Below are positions 26,701 through 38,165 of a stretch of DNA of 64,000 bases, piece by piece (the stretch's first letter is position 1; every line of letters begins with the position of its first letter). The translations under genes were made by a program, and so were the position numbers. The notes beneath the pieces were generated by a model. The model was given only the letters and a program-made list of their open reading frames with translations. It was not told where the DNA came from and made no database searches. This DNA is from Planctomycetota bacterium (lineage in GTDB: Bacteria; Planctomycetota; UBA8108; SXIK01): NCBI GenBank assembly GCA_965223845.1, contig CBDCXR010000004.1, positions 5,344,001 to 5,408,000 of the forward strand, given 5' to 3'.

Positions 26701-28077
26701 CTCCAGCTCGTCGTGAAAGCGAAAGTCATCGTAGTTGATGTGTCCCCACGCACCCGAGTGCTCGTCGACGACGCGAACGACGATGTTCTTGCCGACGTGC
26801 GCGCGTAGATCGGCGACCACGAGCTCGAGGTTTTCGTTTTGCGGGCCCGAAGCGGAGAAGATCGCGTCGCCCGACTCGACGGCGACGAGATCGACTCGCG
26901 TCTCGCGATGGTTTCCGCCGCCGACGAGAAAGCTCGCGTAGGGATGGGTCACCTCGAACGCAGCTGACTCGAGGACCCCGGTCGGGTCGTCGCCGGCGAA
27001 CTCGTATCCGCCGAGCCAAAACTCGCCGTCGTGGTCGCTTGCCTGACCCGGACGCCGGGGAGCGACCGTGTCGCCCTTCACGGGCTGGCGCGTCCAGGCT
27101 TCCCCCGTTGCCGTCCAGCCGTCGAGCGTACCGGTCTCGAACCCGAGGTTGAGCGGCTCCCCCTCGGCGTCCTTCGGGACGGTGCCGGGACGCCGATTTC
27201 GTGGCTCGGATGGCGGCGTTGACGATCGCCCGGCCTGCGGCGGCGCGCTGCGGCCGAGTTGCTTCAGCTCGATCGCGCGAAACTCGATCTTCGCCGGGCC
27301 GGGACCCGAGTGAAGCTGAAGCGCGAGCTTCCCGCTCAAGTCGAGCGCGCCGGTTTCCTCGTCGACGAGAATGGATGCGCGCTCGCCGTTCAGGAAAACC
27401 TCGATGCGAGTTCCGACCGCGCGTACGCGGTAGTCGTTCCACTCGCCGCGTCGAACGAGAGCGCGATAGGCGGACGCGCCGCGAAAGGTCTGGGTCGTAC
27501 GCCGGCCGTTCGGCGAGATCGTGACGCTCGTCCCCCGTTCCGTGATCAATCCGCGGCCGTGCTCGTCGTAGATACGACCGAGCCACGTCGCGCCGTCGTC
27601 GATGTCCGCTTGGTACCCTGCGGCGCCATCCTTCCCGACTCGCTGACTGCGAATCTGCACTCCCGAGTTGGCGCTCGCGTGACCGGAAACGCGGAACTCG
27701 AAGCGGAGATCGAAGTCGTAGAGCTCACCCTCCCAAAACAGAAAGAGATTTCGCCGGAGCTGCTCACCGGCCGCGATCTCGCCGACGATGGCCCCCGCTT
27801 CGACTCGCCAGTGCGGGTCGTCGTGGTTCCATCCGGCAAAGGAACGCCCGTCGAAGATTCTCTCGTATCGTGGGCTCGACTTGTCCGTCGGAGCGTCCGG
27901 CGATCCCTGCGCGGGAAAGAACGATACAGCGAGCACGGCGAAACTGACGCAGCAGAGAACTCGGCGGTTGAGTGAAATCATGCGACGGAGCGGGGTAAGT
28001 AGTGCTGAGAACATCGACGAATCGCGTGAGGTTTCGAAGGGAACAGGAGCGTAAGAGCGGAGAGAACAGAGCCTCAT
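23710..28077 (-). CDS. PVC-type heme-binding CxxCH protein: DUF1080 + CBM-like + propeller dehydrogenase-like + HEAT repeats + cytochrome c (alternative starts 28014, 27981)
   Basis: Signal peptide; NSGVQIR/GYQAD/LQLHSG (DUF1080); [47 protein letters not shown]. Confidence 0.85.
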   Translation of the reverse strand: MRLCSLRSYAPVPFETSRDSSMFSALLTPLRRMISLNRRVLCCVSFAVLAVSFFPAQGSPDAPTDKSSPRYERIFDGRSFAGWNHDDPHWRVEAGAIVGEIAAGEQLRRNLFLFWEGELYDFDLRFEFRVSGHASANSGVQIRSQRVGKDGAAGYQADIDDGATWLGRIYDEHGRGLITERGTSVTISPNGRRTTQTFRGASAYRALVRRGEWNDYRVRAVGTRIEVFLNGERASILVDEETGALDLSGKLALQLHSGPGPAKIEFRAIELKQLGRSAPPQAGRSSTPPSEPRNRRPGTVPKDAEGEPLNLGFETGTLDGWTATGEAWTRQPVKGDTVAPRRPGQASDHDGEFWLGGYEFAGDDPTGVLESAAFEVTHPYASFLVGGGNHRETRVDLVAVESGDAIFSASGPQNENLELVVADLRAHVGKNIVVRVVDEHSGAWGHINYDDFRFHDELEGELRALGRPRRLRANPLLTHLQRNPIGSDPTSAAERTVANAYVPAGFRLDLVAAEPRVLQPIAFTFDARGRLWIAEAFTYPQRRPEGEGQDRISILADTDGDGSFDEKKVFLAGLNLVSGLELGHGGVWIGAAPQLLFVPDADEDDVPDGAAEVVLDGWGYQDTHETLNNFAWGPDGWLYGNQGVFNASRIGIPGTPEENRVLLYAGVWRYHPTRKTFEVFAHGGSNQWGLDFDEVGELFMTHCRSYWGGGPTTHVVLRGHYWNQANARHAPFVSGTHPAGLPHLRNFLRASARYGHGEGGAGKPGSRALYGGHSHVGTMVYLGDNWPEEYRGQLFTHNLHGHQINRQVNERRGAGYETTHAGTDILFVDDPQYVAVDLDYGPDGAVYIIDWYDRQHCHSPNTESWDRATGRIYRMSYASTYAPRSVDLRQLSDLELARLQDHRNAWYARTSRRLLHERSTRRAIERDAIAALRDGLKGDRATDVLRAAWTLHGIGALRTEDFARLLASPSDDVRAWFVRLATEDPGRAERQAASLLRLAESDPSARVRLAVASYIADAPTELAWKLAAALAARAEDAGDAYLPRMVWYGIAPHVDGDLERALGLAARTRWPQLRDFVVWHAAKTETGLARLLEGLARSPSADAERRTLELVLFARRGLSPSRAPEAWAKVAGKLYAHSDPAIRDRAERVGALLSDENVLSKLRKALSVESERRGAFEVLASVADAKSVPAFLKLLDVPELRAGVLRLLARFGAAEIPGAILERFARLDDRERALALGTLIVRAPSARLLLEAVVAGRIDKKHLNSFHVRQLRNLRDGEVNTLIAKLWGTVRDTSGDVSSRLARYAKLFTEAPLWAYDGGAGKKTFDELCATCHSPNAAAAVAGNTTATPLGPDLRGSGRNGAAYFLESVLDPNAVVGEDFQLTVITTDDGSVLSGLVLAETEESVTLRTLTETVVLKAEEIAAREKEMSSFMPEGLVDDLSERELIELLKYLSSL

Positions 28078-31000
28078 TCCGTAGCGTCGGCTCTCTCCAC
28101 TTCGATCGCAGAGATGCGCGGGTTTTCCGTGAGCGCAATGAGCGTCACATCGAGAAACCCATCGCTCACCTCGACCGTCACAGAGTGCGTGTCCGCGATC
28201 GCGAACCCCTTGCTTGCGAAGGTGTCGTAGCCGGTGAGGACTTCGTTTCCCTCGAGCGCAACGGAGAATACCCTCGCTTTCGCACGAGCGAAATAGGATT
28301 CAACGAAGTGCAGCCGAACCGTGTAGCGCCCCGGGACGAGCGGGATCTTGTACCCGGCGCGCGCATCGTACCGCGACCAAAAGAACCGCCCTTCGGAGAA
28401 GACTGAATCCTCGTCCGTTCCCTCGATGTCCGTCGGAAGCCAGCGCCCCGCACGCGCTTCGGAAATGTCCCCGCCGAGAAAGAATCGATCGCGCGCCCAG
28501 TCGCGACCGGCGAAGGTCTCGGCGACGCCGCCGCAGTTGATTCGAAGCACCTCGCCGCGCTCGATCGTCTCGAGCGCCCAGCGCAGTTCGTCGACGTATC
28601 GCGGGGGCGACGCTCCGGACGAAGCGGGCGGAAGAGCCGCGAGGATCTGTGTGGCGTTGCGGTTTCGCTCAGTCGAGAGGCGAAACCACTCGTCCCAGAT
28701 AGAGCGCGCGAGTGCGTCCTCGGCGCGCGCGAGCTCGCGCAGCTCGGGGACGGCCACGGCGGGCGAGAACGCTCGAACGATCGACTCGGCGAGACGGAGG
28801 CGCGGGAGCGGAGCATCCGGCTCCGCCTCGACAAGGTCGCGAAGGAGCGGCACGGCCTCGCGGTCCTTCCCTTTAAGCTGGAGAAACCGGGCGGCGAAAT
28901 ACTCGGCGAGACGGATCTTGTCCGGCTCTTCCGAAGCGCGCAGATCGGCGCCGATTCCGCGCGCCATCTCCACTCGACGTTCAGAGCCGTAAGCAACCTC
29001 TACGACCGGAATGAGCGTGAGATCTGAGCTCGCACGCCTCGAGTTGAACGCTTGAATCGCGAGGACATGCTCCCCGCGAGACAGCTTCGTTGCGGGGACC
29101 TTCACGACGACGCGCTCGGTGGATGCGAGGGATCGAGACGCGGTCCCGTCGAAGGGCTGGGGTCCGGTCTGCGTCTCCCCGAGGCCGTAACGCCCGATCT
29201 CCTCGCCGTCGAGGTAGGCGATGAAGCCATCGTCGATCGACACCACGAGACGCAGCGCCTCAGCATCCTCCGCCGGATTCCACGCGAACTTCTTGCGGAC
29301 GTAGACCGTCGTGTAGCGACCGCGCATTCGCGTGAGTCGCGTCGCATCATCTCTCCCGCCGTACCCGAAGCCACTGGGCCCGAGCGGCCACTCGCTGTCG
29401 TCGAAGTCCGCGCGCGCCCATTCGAGACCGTTCGACGGTTCGCGCTCGCCGCGAAAGTAGCGCCACGAATCCCCTTCGGCGACGAGGAGCTCGGCATCCT
29501 CGAGGTAGGCATCCGCGGACGAATACGAGCGAGGAACTGCGCCGAGACGGCGCCGGAGGCGGGCGAGCTCACTGGCGCCGATCCGCGATGACGCCGGAAA
29601 CTTCTCCGCGTACTCGAGGGTAGCGAGAGCTTCGAGATCGCGCCCCTCGGCCTGAGCTTTCTTCGCCGACGCGAGCGCCCAGACATCCCGGACGAAGGGA
29701 CTGAGAAGACGGTCCGAAGAGTTCAACAGCGCGGCGTAGAGCTCGACGAACGCATCGAGATACTGCCCGAGGGTCTCGACGTCTTGAAAGCGCAGCGCCG
29801 GAGCGAGACGGACGTGAAAGTACGAGTGGCCCGGGATCAACCACGCGCCGTGAGCGTAGGCATCGATCGCAGCTCCGTACCGCTCGGTCTGCATGAGGTA
29901 GCTTCCGAGATGATGCCAGGCGTGGATGCTCTTCGGAATCCGAGCGGCGGAACAATAGAGATACCGGAGGAGTTCCTCGTCCGGGACCCCCGGCGCCCGG
30001 GAGAAGAACCCGGCGAGGAACGGATACAGCCACCACTCGTTCGGCCGAATGTTGAGCGCCCGGCGAAGGATTCGCTCGCCGACATCGAACGCGCGAAGCC
30101 CGAAGGAGATGTAAACGAGCGCTTCGAGCTCGGCGCCGGTCGGGGGTGGACCGGCGAACGCCTCATCGACGAGCGCCCGAAACGCTTCGGTATCTTGAGC
30201 GACAAGAGCCTCACGCGCGCGCGACCGGATCGAGTTCGTGTCGACGACGCTGACGAGACGAAAGAGCGATTCCCAGTCCGCCCCGTTGACTCGCCAGCGC
30301 ACGCGAAGCCAAGCGTTGAGAGCGCGAGCGACCTCGTCGCGGCAGCCGTTCTCCGTGGCGGCGCGCGCGAGCTCCGCGGGCGCCATCGTCGTGACGTCGC
30401 GCCCGAAGTAACCTCGAAAGAGCGAGTAGAACGTGTACTCTTGCGTTGCTGCGGTTTGATACGCCGCCGACTGAGTCGCTTCGTGGAGCCGGCCGACGAA
30501 CTCCGCGGTTCGCTGCTCGGCCTGGATCCGCTGCTCGATCTCGTCGGCTTGCGCGAGAAGATCCGGCGCGTCCACCGCGAGATCGCGAGCCCGGCTGACG
30601 CAATGCGCCGCCTCTTTCCAGTCGGCTGAGCCGGGTATCGCGCTGAGACGCGCGCGCTCGCAGTGAGTTCTCGCCTGGCCGATGACCGATTGAAACCGCG
30701 TGCGGATCTGATCGATTTCGTCCTGTCGCTCCTTCTCGATCCAGACGTAACCTCCCGCCCCGAGCGCGATCGCAATGGTCGCCACCGCCGCAAGCGCGAC
30801 CGTGAGCGCACGAGCCTTGCGTTCGCTGCGGGCGCGGACGCGCGACTCTGCCGCTTCGATGGCGAGGCGCTGTGCACGCTCATCGAGCGAATCTAGATAC
30901 GTTCGCATCTGACGAGCGACGGCACCGGCGGTCGGGGGGCGCTCGCGCGGCTCGATCGCGAGGCAGGCCCGCGCGAGGGCGCGAACTTCCGGGTCGGCAC

Positions 31001-32000
31001 CACACTCGTCGATCCGGGCGAGCGCGGCGTTCAATTCACCGCGGAGCGCGCGTCCGTGAACTTCGGCCGCGGTCTCGCCCTCGTAGGGCGGTGAACCGGT
31101 CAGAATCTCGCAGAGAATCGCTCCGAGCCCGAACACGTCGGAGCGCTCGTCGAGCAAATCGATCTCCCCGCGAGCCTGCTCGGGTGACATGTACGCGGGC
31201 GTACCGAGCACGCTCCCGGCGAGAGACTCCGAACCGGCGGCGCTCGATCGCGCGGTCGAGATGATGCTCAGATCCTTCGGTTTTCCGGCGCGGCGATCGT
31301 CCGCCTCTCCCCCGCGCGCGAGGACCTTCGCGAGGCCCCAGTCCATCACCTGCACCTCGCCGAACGGCCCGACCATGATGTTCGACGGCTTGAGATCCCG
31401 ATGAATCACGCCGCGCGCGTGCGCGTAGGCAAGCGGCTGACAGATCTGCTCGAAGACGCTGAGAAAGCGCGGACGCTCGCAAGCGGGACTCTCGCGCTCG
31501 TCGAGAAGGCGAGAGAGCGTCTGCCCCTTGACGAGCTTCATTGCGAAAAAAGGTCGATCGCCGCCGACGAGTCCCATCTCGTGCACCGGAACGATGCCGG
31601 GATGCTGAAGCTGCCCTCCGATCTGAGCTTCCTCGACGAAGCGGCGGACGACCTCCGGGCGCTCGTGGTGGCTTCCGAGGAGGACCTTGATGGCGATGTC
31701 GCGACCGAGGTCGACATCGCGCGCTTTGAAAACGGCGCCGACGCCGCCGCGACCGATTTCGCCATCGATCTGATACCGGCCGATCTCTCGGGGAAGCTCC
31801 GGTTCGTCCGTCGCACCGAGGGGACGGTGCACGGGCGCTCCGTCTTCTTCGATCTCGCGGAGATGAACGCGCGAGGTCGCGATCGTCTGCTCGATCACGG
31901 TGGGCGCGGGACGACTCGTGCGAGACGACCCACCGCGCTCCGAGGCATCACCCGGTTCTGGCTCGTCGACCGGAAGGGTCTCGTCGGGGGTTCCACTCAC
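28074..32000 (-). CDS. Hanks-type Ser/Thr kinase with TM helix, TPR-like region, galactose-binding-like domain and C-terminal malectin domain
   Basis: [100 protein letters not shown] before GTG. Confidence 0.9.
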   Translation of the reverse strand: MSGTPDETLPVDEPEPGDASERGGSSRTSRPAPTVIEQTIATSRVHLREIEEDGAPVHRPLGATDEPELPREIGRYQIDGEIGRGGVGAVFKARDVDLGRDIAIKVLLGSHHERPEVVRRFVEEAQIGGQLQHPGIVPVHEMGLVGGDRPFFAMKLVKGQTLSRLLDERESPACERPRFLSVFEQICQPLAYAHARGVIHRDLKPSNIMVGPFGEVQVMDWGLAKVLARGGEADDRRAGKPKDLSIISTARSSAAGSESLAGSVLGTPAYMSPEQARGEIDLLDERSDVFGLGAILCEILTGSPPYEGETAAEVHGRALRGELNAALARIDECGADPEVRALARACLAIEPRERPPTAGAVARQMRTYLDSLDERAQRLAIEAAESRVRARSERKARALTVALAAVATIAIALGAGGYVWIEKERQDEIDQIRTRFQSVIGQARTHCERARLSAIPGSADWKEAAHCVSRARDLAVDAPDLLAQADEIEQRIQAEQRTAEFVGRLHEATQSAAYQTAATQEYTFYSLFRGYFGRDVTTMAPAELARAATENGCRDEVARALNAWLRVRWRVNGADWESLFRLVSVVDTNSIRSRAREALVAQDTEAFRALVDEAFAGPPPTGAELEALVYISFGLRAFDVGERILRRALNIRPNEWWLYPFLAGFFSRAPGVPDEELLRYLYCSAARIPKSIHAWHHLGSYLMQTERYGAAIDAYAHGAWLIPGHSYFHVRLAPALRFQDVETLGQYLDAFVELYAALLNSSDRLLSPFVRDVWALASAKKAQAEGRDLEALATLEYAEKFPASSRIGASELARLRRRLGAVPRSYSSADAYLEDAELLVAEGDSWRYFRGEREPSNGLEWARADFDDSEWPLGPSGFGYGGRDDATRLTRMRGRYTTVYVRKKFAWNPAEDAEALRLVVSIDDGFIAYLDGEEIGRYGLGETQTGPQPFDGTASRSLASTERVVVKVPATKLSRGEHVLAIQAFNSRRASSDLTLIPVVEVAYGSERRVEMARGIGADLRASEEPDKIRLAEYFAARFLQLKGKDREAVPLLRDLVEAEPDAPLPRLRLAESIVRAFSPAVAVPELRELARAEDALARSIWDEWFRLSTERNRNATQILAALPPASSGASPPRYVDELRWALETIERGEVLRINCGGVAETFAGRDWARDRFFLGGDISEARAGRWLPTDIEGTDEDSVFSEGRFFWSRYDARAGYKIPLVPGRYTVRLHFVESYFARAKARVFSVALEGNEVLTGYDTFASKGFAIADTHSVTVEVSDGFLDVTLIALTENPRISAIEVERADATE

Positions 32001-32216
32001 GGGTGATCATCTCCGCGTTGAGGTAGGATCGAGGCGCGGCGGTCGGCGAACCGCGCGTCCGCCGAGGCGCTCACGCACCATCGCCGCGGCGAGCCCTCGC
32101 ATCATACCCAACGAAACTGCTCTGAGCGGTGCCGGATCGAGGCTCGCGCTCGAGGAGATTGACGTGGCGGCGCTCGGTGCGCATCTTGCGCGTGCGGAAC
32201 GTCCGGAGGAGATCAT

Positions 32217-32909
32217 TTGGATGTACTGATTCTCGGAGGCATTTGGTACGCCGTGTTCGTCGCGTCGGCGGTGGCGCACGAAGTCGCTCACGGTTTGGTC
32301 GCGCTCAAGCTCGGCGACCCGACGGCGCAGCGGGAAGGTCTCCTCACTCTCAACCCGGCCCCGCACATCCGGCGGGAATCGACCGGGATGGTCGTGGTTC
32401 CGATCGTCTCGTTTTGGCTCACGAGCTACTCGTTCATGCTCGGATGGGCGAGTGTTCCGATCGATCCTGTCTGGGCCCGCGACCATCATCGGCGGGCCGC
32501 GCTGACGGCGCTCGCCGGGCCGCTCGCGAACCTCGCTCTCGTCGTCGTCGCCGCGCTCGCCATTCGCGCGGGCATCGCCGCGGGGATCTTCGGAGAGTCC
32601 GGCGGACGCAGCTTCGATGGCGTCGCGAGAGCGCTCGATCCGGGCTGGACGCGTTGGCTCGCGCTGGGGCTCAGCATTCTCTTCAGCCTCAATCTCCTTC
32701 TCTGCGCGTTCAATTTGCTTCCGGTCCCGCCGCTCGATGGCAGTACGGTGATTCTCTTCCTCCTACCGAAGCCCGTCGCGGGAACGCTCCAGGGTCTGAT
32801 GCGGCTCCCCTTGGTCGACATCATCGGGATGATCGCGGCGTTCTTCCTCGTGCGAGATTATTTCGCGAGCTGGGTATTCCATCCGGCGTTTCGCCTCCTC
32901 TACCCCTAG
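32217..32909 (+). CDS. Site-2 protease (peptidase M50)
   Basis: HEVAH, AGPLAN, NLLPVPPLDG; GAGGAG before TTG. Confidence 0.92.
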   Translation: MDVLILGGIWYAVFVASAVAHEVAHGLVALKLGDPTAQREGLLTLNPAPHIRRESTGMVVVPIVSFWLTSYSFMLGWASVPIDPVWARDHHRRAALTALAGPLANLALVVVAALAIRAGIAAGIFGESGGRSFDGVARALDPGWTRWLALGLSILFSLNLLLCAFNLLPVPPLDGSTVILFLLPKPVAGTLQGLMRLPLVDIIGMIAAFFLVRDYFASWVFHPAFRLLYP

Positions 32910-32928
32910 TCGATGTCGAGCCCGATTC

Positions 32929-33396
32929 ATGAAGCGCTACTGGCTGATCAAGAGTGAACCCGACGCATTCTCCATCGATGACCTCGAGAAGAAGGGCAGT
33001 ACGAGCTGGGATGGCGTACGAAACTACCAGGCGCGGAACTTCATGCGAGACGACATGAAGCTGGGCGATCTTGCGCTCTTCTACCACTCGAGCACGAAGC
33101 CGCCGGGGATCGTGGGTGTCGCCCGCGTTTCGCGGGAGTCCTACCCCGATCACACGCAGTTCGACAAGAAGAGCAAGTACTACGACCCGAAAGCGAAGCG
33201 AGACGATCCGACGTGGTACATGGTCGACTTCGAATTCGTCGAGAGATTTGAGCGCGTCTTCACACTCGACGACTTGAAGGCGACCGAAGAACTCGAGGGG
33301 ATGCTCGTCACGCGGCGCGGGCAGAGACTCTCGATACAACCGGTCGAGCCCGAGCACTTTCGGGCGGCGCGCAAGCTAGCCCGAGCGGCGCGGTAG
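32929..33396 (+). CDS. EVE domain protein
   Basis: [37 protein letters not shown]. Confidence 0.95.
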   Translation: MKRYWLIKSEPDAFSIDDLEKKGSTSWDGVRNYQARNFMRDDMKLGDLALFYHSSTKPPGIVGVARVSRESYPDHTQFDKKSKYYDPKAKRDDPTWYMVDFEFVERFERVFTLDDLKATEELEGMLVTRRGQRLSIQPVEPEHFRAARKLARAAR

Positions 33397-33613
33397 AGGC
33401 GAGCTCGCAGCCTGCATTTCAGACCGAAATCGCGCCGAGTTGCGGGCGCGGAGGACGCCACCGAGTAGCTTCCCTTCGCGCGGGGAATCGGGTACGCTCC
33501 CTGGTTCCTTCTATCGGCGAACAGAGAACCAAACGGCGACCTCTCCCAGCGGCGCGGCTCGGTGTCGGGCGCGTGCGCATCCGGTCGTAGAGGCCCGACA
33601 ATGGAGATCCTTC

Positions 33614-34651
33614 ATGCCCCTCGTACCCATGCGTCAGTTGCTCGATCACGCGGCCGAAAACGACTACGGCCTCGCGGCGTTCAACGTCAATAACATGGAG
33701 CAAATCCAGGCGATCATGGAGGCGGCGGAAGAGACGGACTCCCCGGTGATCGTCCAAGCTTCGCGCGGGGCGCGTTCGTACTCGCAGGACGAGTACCTGC
33801 GCCATCTGATGCTCGCCGCGGCCGCGCTCTACCCGCGGATTCCGATCGCGATGCACCAGGATCACGGGAACAGCCCCGCGACGTGCAAGAGCGCGATCGA
33901 AATGGGGTTCACGTCCGTGATGATGGACGGTTCGCTGGAGGAAGACGGAAAGACCCCGGCAGATTTCTCCTACAACGCGAACGTCACGCGGGAAGTCGTC
34001 GAAGCGGCGCATCGAGTGGGCGTCACCGTCGAGGGAGAACTCGGCTGTCTCGGTTCGCTCGAGACGGGGATGGGCGACAAGGAAGACGGTCATGGAGCGG
34101 AAGGTCAGCTCTCGGAAGACCAGCTGCTCACGGATCCGGCTGAAGCCGAAGACTTCGTCGCCAAGACCGGCGTCGACGCGCTCGCGGTCGCGATCGGAAC
34201 GAGCCACGGCGCGTACAAGTTTACGCGCGAGCCGGACGGCGAAATCCTCGCGATGGAGCGGATCCGTGAAATTCACCGTCGACTTCCGAACTGCCACCTC
34301 GTGATGCACGGTTCGTCGTCCGTGCCGCAGGAGCTCCAGGACATCATCAACGAGTACGGCGGAGAGATCCGTCAGACCTGGGGTGTCCCGGTGAAGGAGA
34401 TTCAGGAAGGGATCCGTCACGGAGTGCGCAAGGTGAACGTCGACACCGACAACCGTCTGGCGATGACGGGCGCCGTGCGCAAGGTGCTCCACGAAAGCCC
34501 GGAGAAGTTCGACCCGCGCGACTGGCTGAAGCCCGCGCGCGCGGCGATGCGGCAGGTGTGTGTCGACCGCATGGTGGCGTTCGGTCAGGCCGGGAACGCG
34601 AGCAAGATCAAGCCGATCAGCCTCGAGGAAATGGCGAAGCGTTACGGCTAG
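33614..34651 (+). CDS. fba: Fructose-bisphosphate aldolase class II
   Basis: [48 protein letters not shown] before ATG 33614. Confidence 0.95.
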   Translation: MPLVPMRQLLDHAAENDYGLAAFNVNNMEQIQAIMEAAEETDSPVIVQASRGARSYSQDEYLRHLMLAAAALYPRIPIAMHQDHGNSPATCKSAIEMGFTSVMMDGSLEEDGKTPADFSYNANVTREVVEAAHRVGVTVEGELGCLGSLETGMGDKEDGHGAEGQLSEDQLLTDPAEAEDFVAKTGVDALAVAIGTSHGAYKFTREPDGEILAMERIREIHRRLPNCHLVMHGSSSVPQELQDIINEYGGEIRQTWGVPVKEIQEGIRHGVRKVNVDTDNRLAMTGAVRKVLHESPEKFDPRDWLKPARAAMRQVCVDRMVAFGQAGNASKIKPISLEEMAKRYG

Positions 34652-34867
34652 AAGCTGCGGGAGCCTGCGCAAGAAGTTGGATTCGGCCAGAAAACGGTCT
34701 GCCCCTACGGCCTCTTCGTCGCGAATCCTCGACGGTTCCTCCGGGATCGCGTGCGCTTCGCTTCGCGATTCCGACCGCGATGGTTCGTGTTCCGGCCTCG
34801 GATCGATTCTTGCGCCGGCTTCTAGCTCGCTACCCGTCGTCCGAAGCGCGACGATCTCGGGCGGCAG

Positions 34868-35476
34868 ATGACTGAGCTCCGATCTTGCGTCAAGCTTCTC
34901 GGAGCGTGGGTCATCGCGGCGTGGGTCGTCGAGGCGATCGACGTGATCGTGCTCGGCCGGGCTCTCGATGCGTTCGGCATCCGTCCCTTAGACCCTTGGG
35001 GCCTCGTCGGGATACCGCTGTCGCCGCTCCTCCATAACGGATTCGGGCACCTGGGTGCCAACACGGTGCCGTTCGCCGTTCTCGGGGGGCTGGTTCTCTT
35101 TGGACCGCACGGCGATTTTCTCCGCGCGAGCCTCACGATCATCTTGATCGGCGGCCTCGGGGTCTGGGTCGTGGGCGATCTCTTCGGCCCCGGCAACACG
35201 GTCCATATCGGAGCGAGTGGGCTCATCTTCGGATACTTCGGATTCCTTCTCGCACGTGGGTTCTACGCGCGAACGTTCAAGGCGGCGCTGATCGCGGTCG
35301 GAGTCGCCGTAATCTACGGCGGACTCGTCTTCGGCGTTCTTCCCGGACAGGATGGCGTCTCGTGGCAGGCCCACCTGTGCGGGTTCCTCGCGGGGATTCT
35401 GGCGGCGCGCCGCCTGAGCGTGCCGGGTCGAAAGACGCGGGAGACCCTCGTGCGCGGACCACGCCCTCGCACCTAG
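34868..35476 (+). CDS. Rhomboid intramembrane serine protease
   Basis: LH..FGHL.AN, IGASG (Ser), AHLCG (His). Confidence 0.9.
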   Translation: MTELRSCVKLLGAWVIAAWVVEAIDVIVLGRALDAFGIRPLDPWGLVGIPLSPLLHNGFGHLGANTVPFAVLGGLVLFGPHGDFLRASLTIILIGGLGVWVVGDLFGPGNTVHIGASGLIFGYFGFLLARGFYARTFKAALIAVGVAVIYGGLVFGVLPGQDGVSWQAHLCGFLAGILAARRLSVPGRKTRETLVRGPRPRT

Positions 35477-35563
35477 GGCACGCGCCGCGTCGAGCCCGAA
35501 TCGCGACGCGTTTGCCGAGGCCAACATTCGGCTTAAGCGGACGGTGTGCACGGGGCGCCAAGA

Positions 35564-35618
35564 TTAGAGCCGCGTTAGAGTCGCTCGTCCCGATCGAGCC
35601 GCTCCGGCGTGCTATACT
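35564..35618 (+). promoter_or_regulatory. Extended -10 promoter with upstream tandem direct repeat
   Basis: TGcTATACT at 35610-35618; TTAGAG-N5-TTAGAG at 35564-35580. Confidence 0.5.
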
Positions 35619-35645
35619 CGCCCTTGGTCCAAAAAGGGCGCCGTC

Positions 35646-36329
35646 ATGCGAATTCTAGTCGTCGAAGATGATCGTGAACTCGCCTCGATCTTGCAGCGAG
35701 CTCTCACCGAGCAGCTCTATGCGGTCGAGACCGCGTACGACGGCGAGACCGCGCGCCATCTCGCCCTCAGCGAGAACTACGATACGATCCTCCTCGACCT
35801 CATGATTCCGCGCGTCGACGGGGTCGGAGTGTGCTACGCGCTCCGCGAAGCCGGCAAACACACCCCGGTGATCATGCTGACGGCGCGCGACGGCGTGGAA
35901 GATCGCGTGCAGGGACTCGACGCCGGCGCGGACGACTACGTCGTGAAGCCGTTCGCGATGGATGAGCTCCTCGCGCGCGTCCGCGCGCAACTTCGCCGCA
36001 CGACGAATCAAACGGAGAACGTCCTCAAGGTCGGTAGGCTGTCGCTCGATCCACGCTCGACGTGTGTCCAGTACGGCGATCGCTCGATTCCTCTGACCGC
36101 GAAGGAGTTCGCGCTGCTGCAGTTCTTTATGCAGAACCCGGACGCCGTCGTCTCGCGCACGGAGATTCTCGAGCACGTCTGGGACGCGAACTACGACGGT
36201 TTCGGCAACGTCGTCGACGTGTACGTGAACTACCTCCGGAACAAGCTCGAGAGCGAGGGCGAGCCACGCATCATCCTCACGGTGCGCGGACGCGGGTATC
36301 TGCTGAAGCAGAATCATGAAGTCGCTTAG
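35646..36329 (+). CDS. OmpR/PhoB-family response regulator
   Basis: [29 protein letters not shown], winged helix [18 protein letters not shown]. Confidence 0.95.
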   Translation: MRILVVEDDRELASILQRALTEQLYAVETAYDGETARHLALSENYDTILLDLMIPRVDGVGVCYALREAGKHTPVIMLTARDGVEDRVQGLDAGADDYVVKPFAMDELLARVRAQLRRTTNQTENVLKVGRLSLDPRSTCVQYGDRSIPLTAKEFALLQFFMQNPDAVVSRTEILEHVWDANYDGFGNVVDVYVNYLRNKLESEGEPRIILTVRGRGYLLKQNHEVA

Positions 36330-38142
36330 CATCACGAAGCGACTGACACTGACCTTCGCCGTCATGACCGCCGCGGTCGTGGTCCCGGCGAGCGTGGCGC
36401 TCTACGTCAGCGTCGCCCGCGCCTACACCGCGGAGAGCATCGAGAAGGTCACCGATCGAGCGAACTCCGTTGCGCGCTCGATTCTCGGGCAATTGGACGA
36501 GGAGATCTTCATCGAGTTCGAGGGTCAACCCGTTCAGTTCCCTCAGCTCCGCGCCGACGCTGAAGACTGGGCGATCGTTCGGGGCGATGGAACGATCGTC
36601 GAACACTTGAGCGGCGTATTCTCCGACACGATACGGGCGGAGGAACGATCTCCGCTCGAGCCGATCGCCGTGAACGGACGTACCTTTCGGGTGACGGCGA
36701 TCCCACTCGTTCACACCGATCACATTCCGGTCGAAGACCTTCCGCCACTCATCCGATCCGCGGCGGCGGAGTACTATCCCGACGCGAAGTACTTGACGGC
36801 AGTGCGGGCGATCAGCAAGGGGCAGAACATCGTCGAGGTGCTGAAGCTCATCGGAAATCGTGTAGCGGAGATCAAGCTCTTTGAATCCGGGGATCTCCGG
36901 AACATCGGGAGCGATCGCCTGCCGGACGAGTTCGATCGAGCCTTTCTCCGCTTCGTGCCGCTCCACCGGCGCCCCGTCGCCGATCTCGAGCTGACGTGGA
37001 CGTCGCACGCCGGGCAATTGATCGCGATCGTGAGCGGAACGACCTCGGAGGGAAGGCCGGAGACGTTCGCGATGAATCGACTCGGCGAGTTGTTCGAGCT
37101 GAATGCAAACGGCGAGGTCGAAGGAATCGAGAGCGACTCGCAACTCTTCGTTCTCGCGGCCGTCGACATCGAAGGCGAGCTCGCGCGGAAGCGCACTCTC
37201 CTCATCGGACTCGCTCTCGGCGGACCACTCGTCTGGCTCGGGCTCGTGATGATCGGCTGGTTCGTCGCTCGGAGAGCGATGTCTCCTGTCGGTGGAATCG
37301 TCGAAGCGACGCGACGGATTCATCTCTCGGACCTCGCCGATCGCGTTCCGGTGGGGAACGCGGACGACGAGCTGTCACGGATCGCCACGACGATCAATGA
37401 GATGCTGGATCGACTCGAAACCGGATACCGGCGCGAGCGACAGTTCACCGGCGACGCGTCGCACGAGCTGCGGGGCCCGCTCACGAAGATCCAGGCGGAC
37501 GCCGAGCTCGCCCTGTCGCGTCCGCGCGGCTCCGAAGAGTACCGTTCGGCGCTCCGGCGAATCGACGGCTATTCGCTGCACATGAAGAGACTGGTCGAGT
37601 CGCTTCTTCTCCTCGCGCGACTCGACGGAAACCAGGAGCGACTGAAAAAGGATCGATTCGACCTCACGGAGTTGATCGTCGAAACCGTGGCAACGTTCGC
37701 CGACGACGACGCGGCGCGCATCCATCTTTCCTTCGACGGCGAGGATCCGCCGATCGTAGCCGAGGGACAGCGAAGCCTCATCGGTACCGCGCTTCACAAT
37801 CTCGTCGACAACGCTCTACGGTACAGCCCGCCGGCGGAGCCCGTAGAGGTCCGAATCCGGCGCGCTGGCTCGCGCGTCGTCATCGAGGTGGAAGACCGCG
37901 GGCCGGGACTTTCACGCGAGGACGCCGCTCGAGTGTTCGATCGTTTCTTCCGCGTGGACGCCGCGCGGACTCCTCAAGCCGGCGCTCCGAAGGCGGGCGG
38001 CTGCGGCTTGGGTCTGTCGATCGTCAGAGCGATCGCCGGCGCGCACGGAACGCACGTCGACCTCCGCGCAGCAACTCCGAGCGGAACGATCGCACGGTTT
38101 GAGCTCGCGGCTAAACCCGGAGGAGTTCGAGTGCCGGGATAG
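36316..38142 (+). CDS. HAMP-domain sensor histidine kinase
   Basis: Two TMs, HAMP, H-box [37 protein letters not shown]; overlaps the regulator gene. Confidence 0.93.
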   Translation: MKSLSITKRLTLTFAVMTAAVVVPASVALYVSVARAYTAESIEKVTDRANSVARSILGQLDEEIFIEFEGQPVQFPQLRADAEDWAIVRGDGTIVEHLSGVFSDTIRAEERSPLEPIAVNGRTFRVTAIPLVHTDHIPVEDLPPLIRSAAAEYYPDAKYLTAVRAISKGQNIVEVLKLIGNRVAEIKLFESGDLRNIGSDRLPDEFDRAFLRFVPLHRRPVADLELTWTSHAGQLIAIVSGTTSEGRPETFAMNRLGELFELNANGEVEGIESDSQLFVLAAVDIEGELARKRTLLIGLALGGPLVWLGLVMIGWFVARRAMSPVGGIVEATRRIHLSDLADRVPVGNADDELSRIATTINEMLDRLETGYRRERQFTGDASHELRGPLTKIQADAELALSRPRGSEEYRSALRRIDGYSLHMKRLVESLLLLARLDGNQERLKKDRFDLTELIVETVATFADDDAARIHLSFDGEDPPIVAEGQRSLIGTALHNLVDNALRYSPPAEPVEVRIRRAGSRVVIEVEDRGPGLSREDAARVFDRFFRVDAARTPQAGAPKAGGCGLGLSIVRAIAGAHGTHVDLRAATPSGTIARFELAAKPGGVRVPG

Positions 38143-38165
38143 TCCCCCAGGACTCGAACTAGTGT

